Assembly: GCF_021246445.1 (NCBI RefSeq)
Contig: NZ_JAJQXW010000001.1
Location: forward strand, 1,940,168 to 2,004,167
DNA from: Rhabdothermincola salaria
GTDB taxonomy: Bacteria; Actinomycetota; Acidimicrobiia; Acidimicrobiales; Acidimicrobilacustridaceae
Reading direction: 5' to 3'
Length of the DNA: 64,000 bases
Position 1 is the stretch's first letter, and each line of letters starts with the position of its first letter. The notes under the pieces were generated by a model. The model was not told the origin of the DNA, searched no databases, and saw nothing but the letters and a program-made list of their open reading frames with translations. Of the stretch, positions 59,998-64,000 are shown in pieces. The position numbers and the translations under genes were made by a program.

Positions 59998-61032
59998 TCA
60001 GCTGAGGAGGCCCTTCTCGGTCAGCAGCGCCTGGGACGCCTCGAGCGACTTCAGGTCGGCCAGGTCGAGGGCGGGCCCGTCGAGCTCGGCGAGGGGCGGC
60101 ACGCCCTCCGGGTTGGGCACGCCGGGCACGACCGGATACTCGAAGGTCTCCTCCACGAAGTAGGTCTGGCCGGCGTCGGACAACAGGTACTCGACGAACG
60201 CGAGGGCCGCCTCGTTGCCCTCGCCGCTGGTGGTGATGCCCACGGCGGTGGCGTTGATCAGACCGCCGGGGTCGCCGTCGACAGGGAAGACCAGCTCGGC
60301 CACCAGCTCGTCACCCAGCTCGGGCGCGGAGCGAGACCAGTAGTAGTGGTTGATGAGCCCGATGCCGATCTGGCCCTCGTTGACCGCGTCGAGGATGGCC
60401 ACGTTGTTCTCGTAGGACTCCGTGTCGTTGGCGATCATGGCGTCGAGCCACTCCGAGGCGGCTTCTTCGCCCTCGGCCACGCGGTACCCGGTGACGAACG
60501 ACTGGAAGCTGGCGTTGGTGGGCGCCCAGGCGACCTGACCCTCGTACTGGGGGTCGGTGAGGTCGGCCACGCTGGTGGGCGGGTCGTCCACCAGCTCGGG
60601 GTTGTACACGATCGCCCGACTGCGGCCGGTGACGCCGACCCAGAGGTCGTCCTCGGACGGCGCGAAGCGGGGATCGACGGAGTCGACGACCTCGGCCGGC
60701 AACGGGGTGAGCAGGCCGGCATCGGCCAGCGCGCCCATGGCGCCGACCTCCTGGGAGTAGAAGACGTCGGCCGGGGTGCCCGACCCCTCCTCGAGGATCT
60801 GGGCGGCCATCTCGGCGCTGTTGCCGTAGCGGACGTCGACGGCGATGCCGGTCTCCTCGGTGAACTGGTCGATGAGGGGTTGCACCAGGTTCTCGGACCG
60901 GCCGCTGTAGAGGGTGAAGCTGCCGTTCTCGCTGTCGCTCGCCCCGTCGTCGGAGCCGCACGCGGCGGCGACGAGGGCGATGACGAGCACGAGGAGGGCG
61001 ATGGGGCGCAGCCGTCGGCGTGAGGGGGACAT
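59998..61032 (-). CDS. fbpA: Fe3+ ABC transporter substrate-binding lipoprotein (FbpA/FutA-like)
   Basis: Lipobox AAA-C, 'LYSGRSE', 'NHYYW' (tandem Tyr ligands) and 'FEYP'. Confidence 0.88.
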   Translation of the reverse strand: MSPSRRRLRPIALLVLVIALVAAACGSDDGASDSENGSFTLYSGRSENLVQPLIDQFTEETGIAVDVRYGNSAEMAAQILEEGSGTPADVFYSQEVGAMGALADAGLLTPLPAEVVDSVDPRFAPSEDDLWVGVTGRSRAIVYNPELVDDPPTSVADLTDPQYEGQVAWAPTNASFQSFVTGYRVAEGEEAASEWLDAMIANDTESYENNVAILDAVNEGQIGIGLINHYYWSRSAPELGDELVAELVFPVDGDPGGLINATAVGITTSGEGNEAALAFVEYLLSDAGQTYFVEETFEYPVVPGVPNPEGVPPLAELDGPALDLADLKSLEASQALLTEKGLLS

Positions 61033-61092
61033 CAGTGGAGCTCCTGGACGAACGGGTGACGACGAGCCGGGTGTCGGCTTGCCGGGCGCTCA

Positions 61093-61112
61093 CTGTAAGG
61101 GGAGCCTTACAG
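61093..61112. promoter_or_regulatory. DtxR/IdeR-type iron box upstream of iron ABC operon
   Basis: CTGTAAGG-GGAG-CCTTACAG inverted repeat (TAAGG-N4-CCTTA) overlapping a TACAGT -10 on the minus strand. Confidence 0.65.
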
Positions 61113-61144
61113 GTGGCGCAAGGCGTCCTCGTCGAACGAGGCGC

Positions 61145-62050
61145 TCACACTGGGTGCTTGGCGCCGTACATCTCGGCGTCGGCGTCTTCGATGAGGGCAT
61201 CGAGGGTCGACGAGCTGGCCGGACCGGCCGCCGTCCCGACGGTCACGGTCACCCGGCGCTCAGGCAGCTCGACAGAGGCTCGACCACGCACCCGCTGGGC
61301 GATCTCCTCGACGTCACCGATCCCCGAGATGCCCGGGCACACCGCCACGAACTCGTCGCCGCCATAGCGGACCACCACATCCCCCGGTCGGAGCACGGCG
61401 AGGAGCCCACCGGCGATCTGCTGGAGGACCTGGTCGCCCACGCCGTGGCCCAGCTCGTCGTTGATCGCCTTGAACCCGTCGACATCGACGAAGAGCACCG
61501 CCACCCACCCGGTGCTCCCGGCGCCGAAGAGGGACTGCGCCGCGGTGCGCAGAAGGCTGCGGTTGCCCACGCCGGTCAGGGCATCGGTGTGGACCTCCCG
61601 TGAGAGCTCGCGTTGGGCCTTCAGGAGCATGTCCTCACGCGTGTGGCGATCGGTGATGTCGAAGCACGTCCCGATGTAGCCGAGGAACGAGCCCATGGCG
61701 TCGTACCGAGGACCGCCGACGTCGAGGATCCACCGGAACACCCCGTCGGCCCGGGCCAGCCGGTACTCCATCTCGAAGGCCTCATGGCGACCGAACGCGT
61801 CGGTGTAGGTGCGCAGACAACGGTCGCGATCGTCGGGATGGACTCCGTCCAACCATCCCTGGCCGCGTTCCTCGTCGAGCGAGCGTCCTCTGAAGTCGAG
61901 CCAGGTCCGGTTGAACTCGACGCACATGCCGTCGGTGTTCGACGCCCAGAGCAATGCCGGATGGGCATCGGCCATGGCTCGGAACACCTCCACCTGCCGA
62001 CGCAACCAATCGACCTCTTCGTGACCCTCGTCGACAACAGCTCCCGGCAC
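61145..62050 (-). CDS. PAS-GGDEF diguanylate cyclase
   Basis: PAS 'GWLDGVHPDDR..FEMEYRL', 'TDALTGVGNR' and 'RPGD..RYGGDEF'. Confidence 0.88.
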   Translation of the reverse strand: MPGAVVDEGHEEVDWLRRQVEVFRAMADAHPALLWASNTDGMCVEFNRTWLDFRGRSLDEERGQGWLDGVHPDDRDRCLRTYTDAFGRHEAFEMEYRLARADGVFRWILDVGGPRYDAMGSFLGYIGTCFDITDRHTREDMLLKAQRELSREVHTDALTGVGNRSLLRTAAQSLFGAGSTGWVAVLFVDVDGFKAINDELGHGVGDQVLQQIAGGLLAVLRPGDVVVRYGGDEFVAVCPGISGIGDVEEIAQRVRGRASVELPERRVTVTVGTAAGPASSSTLDALIEDADAEMYGAKHPV

Positions 62051-62189
62051 GTTCTCTCCCCCGCGTCCTGGCGTCGACCGCACCACTCCCCCCGGCGAGG
62101 TCCGCGATCGTAGCGGTGACCGTGGAAAGCTTCCGATTCGACACCTCGGGACGCCGCCCGACCCGGTGCCTGCCCCCGAGGAGACGACC

Positions 62190-63593
62190 ATGACCACGAC
62201 CAAGGAGGCCGAGCCGAGGCCGTCGCTCTCGGTGGCCGAGCGTCGCGAGCTCGGGCGTCGCGCCCGGCAGGTGGTGCCCCGTTCCGCCCTCGGTGAGTGG
62301 GCGCCGGCCGCCGAACGCGATCCGCTGTCGCTGCTGGCCGAGCAGGAGCTCACCCGAGTCCCCGAACTGGTGCCCATCCGCCACCAGCGCATGGCCGTGT
62401 CACCGTTCACCTTCTTCCGCGGGGCGGCCAAGGTCTTCGCCGCCGACCTGGCCGGCGCCCCCCGCACCGACCTGAAGGTGCAGCTCTGCGGCGACGCCCA
62501 CCTCACCAACTTCGGGGGCTTCGCCTCACCGGAGCGCCGTCTCGTCTTCGACCTCAACGACTTCGACGAGACGCTGCCCGGCCCCTTCGAGTGGGATCTG
62601 AAGCGCCTGGCCGCCAGCTTCGAGGTGGCGGCGCGCGGCAACGGCCTCGACGAGGCCGACCGCCCCGCCCTGCAGCGAACGCTCGCCACGACCTACGCGT
62701 CGGCCATGCAGCAGTTCTCCTCGATGTCGCACCTCGACATCTGGTACGCCCACCTCAGCCTCGACCAATTCGGCGAGTACTGGGACACCTCCCTCTCCGA
62801 CGCCATGCGCTCTCGGGTCGAGAGGACCGTCCACAAGGCCCAGGGCAAGGACCGTCTCAAGGCGCTGCGCAAGCTCACCACCGTCCGCGACGGCGAGCCC
62901 CGGTTCCTCAGCGACCCCCCGCTGCTCGAACCGGTGACCGAGCTCCCGTCGCACCCCGAGCACGACAAGGTCGTCGAGATCGTCGCGACCGCCTTCCAGA
63001 ACTACCGCCGCACCCTGCAAGCCGACCGACGGGTGCTCCTCGAGCGCTACCGCTTCGTCGACCTGGCCCGCAAGGTCGTCGGGGTGGGCAGCGTCGGCAC
63101 CCGCTGCTGGGTCGCCCTGCTCATGGGCAAGGACGACGACGACCCGCTCTTCTTGCAGGTGAAGGAAGCCGAGGCCTCCGTGCTCGAGCCCCATCTGCGA
63201 CCCAGCGGCTTCGCCCAGCACGGCCAACGGGTGGTCGAGGGCCAGCGGCTCATGCAGGCCACCAGCGACATCTTCCTCGGCTGGGAGCGGCTGCACGGCG
63301 TCGACGGTCGCGACCACGACTACTACTTCCGCCAGCTCTGGGACTGGAAGGCCTCCGCCGACGTCGACGGCATGGACCCGGCCCTCCTCGCCCGCTACGC
63401 CCAGATGTGCGGATACACCCTGGCCCGGGCCCACGCCCGGTCCGGCGACGCCGTCGCCCTGTCGGCCTACCTCGGTGGCGGCAAGGCCCTGGGCGAGGCG
63501 ATGGTGCGGTTCGCGTCCGTCTACGCCGACCAGAACGAACGCGACCACGAGGCCTTCGTGGCGCACGTCGCCTCGCCCGAACGGTCCCCCTGA
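62190..63593 (+). CDS. DUF2252 domain protein (kinase-like fold)
   Basis: 'SPFTFFRGAA', 'CGDAHLTNFG', 'FDLNDFDE', 'KVVGVGSVG' and 'LARAHARSGD'. Confidence 0.9.
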   Translation: MTTTKEAEPRPSLSVAERRELGRRARQVVPRSALGEWAPAAERDPLSLLAEQELTRVPELVPIRHQRMAVSPFTFFRGAAKVFAADLAGAPRTDLKVQLCGDAHLTNFGGFASPERRLVFDLNDFDETLPGPFEWDLKRLAASFEVAARGNGLDEADRPALQRTLATTYASAMQQFSSMSHLDIWYAHLSLDQFGEYWDTSLSDAMRSRVERTVHKAQGKDRLKALRKLTTVRDGEPRFLSDPPLLEPVTELPSHPEHDKVVEIVATAFQNYRRTLQADRRVLLERYRFVDLARKVVGVGSVGTRCWVALLMGKDDDDPLFLQVKEAEASVLEPHLRPSGFAQHGQRVVEGQRLMQATSDIFLGWERLHGVDGRDHDYYFRQLWDWKASADVDGMDPALLARYAQMCGYTLARAHARSGDAVALSAYLGGGKALGEAMVRFASVYADQNERDHEAFVAHVASPERSP

Positions 63594-63678
63594 GAGAGCC
63601 GGGGCCGAGGCCAGGGCGGTTGGCTACTGTGTCGCCGCGGCTGCACCGGCGCCGCATCGGCCACGGGAGGCTGCTCGC

Positions 63679-64000
63679 ATGACGTACGACCCCACACCGT
63701 CCGGGGACCCCACACCGGATCCCGACGCGACGCCCGGGTCCGACGATCCCACCCCGGCCGCGACCCCCGACACGAACGCCACCGACGCCACCGTCGTGGA
63801 GACCCCGGCTCCCGAGACCCCGGCTCCCGAGGCTCCCGCCGCCGACCAGAGCGCCCCCACCGGCGAGCCCACCCAGACCTGGGCCGCCCCCGCCGCCGAC
63901 CAGAGCGCCCCCACCGGCGAGCCCACCCAGACCTGGAGCCAGGCCCAGCCCCGCAGCCCGCAGGCCCAGCCCCCGGCCGAGCCCGGTTGGTGGCAGGCCT
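63679..64000 (+). CDS. Pro/Thr-rich protein, probable DUF2510-type (GWW) N-terminus, truncated by window end
   Basis: GGAGG RBS. MTYDPTPSGDPTP...PPAEPGWWQA stays open to the window edge. Confidence 0.65.
   Translation, partial: MTYDPTPSGDPTPDPDATPGSDDPTPAATPDTNATDATVVETPAPETPAPEAPAADQSAPTGEPTQTWAAPAADQSAPTGEPTQTWSQAQPRSPQAQPPAEPGWWQA
63835..63936 (+). repeat. Intragenic direct repeat: two identical 48-bp units, 54-bp period
   Basis: PAADQSAPTGEPTQTW is encoded identically at 63835-63882 and 63889-63936. Confidence 0.92.

Overview
This is a very GC-rich, densely coded chromosomal window from an actinobacterium. The gene repertoire suggests Acidimicrobiia (inference). About 58 CDSs can be supported. 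They include recC and a partial recB; five GGDEF(/EAL) c-di-GMP proteins; a divergent diadenylate-cyclase-domain protein; and many lipid/aromatic catabolic enzymes (two P450s, a Rieske oxygenase, SDRs, NTF2/SnoaL proteins, an F420-LLM enzyme, an amidohydrolase and an esterase). Also present are a CarD-family regulator, a K+ channel, PCuAC-SCO-CtaG copper-assembly genes and an Fe3+ ABC transporter. I saw no rRNA, tRNA, CRISPR array, integrase or transposase. Most long ORFs in the supplied track are antisense or shadow frames. The most interesting signal is that two unrelated secreted proteins 21 kb apart both end in a Thr-rich linker plus AAxPAxVTPRFTG-stop with no membrane anchor, which is a candidate undescribed C-terminal sorting or anchoring signal. 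Other highlights: a tandem (degenerate + intact) DAC-domain protein; a Cys-rich 54-aa microprotein behind a CsoR-type operator; two DtxR/IdeR-type boxes; a 55-bp palindromic dispersed repeat; and small ORFs the ORF track does not call separately. Family names come from motif recognition only, as no database searches were run.
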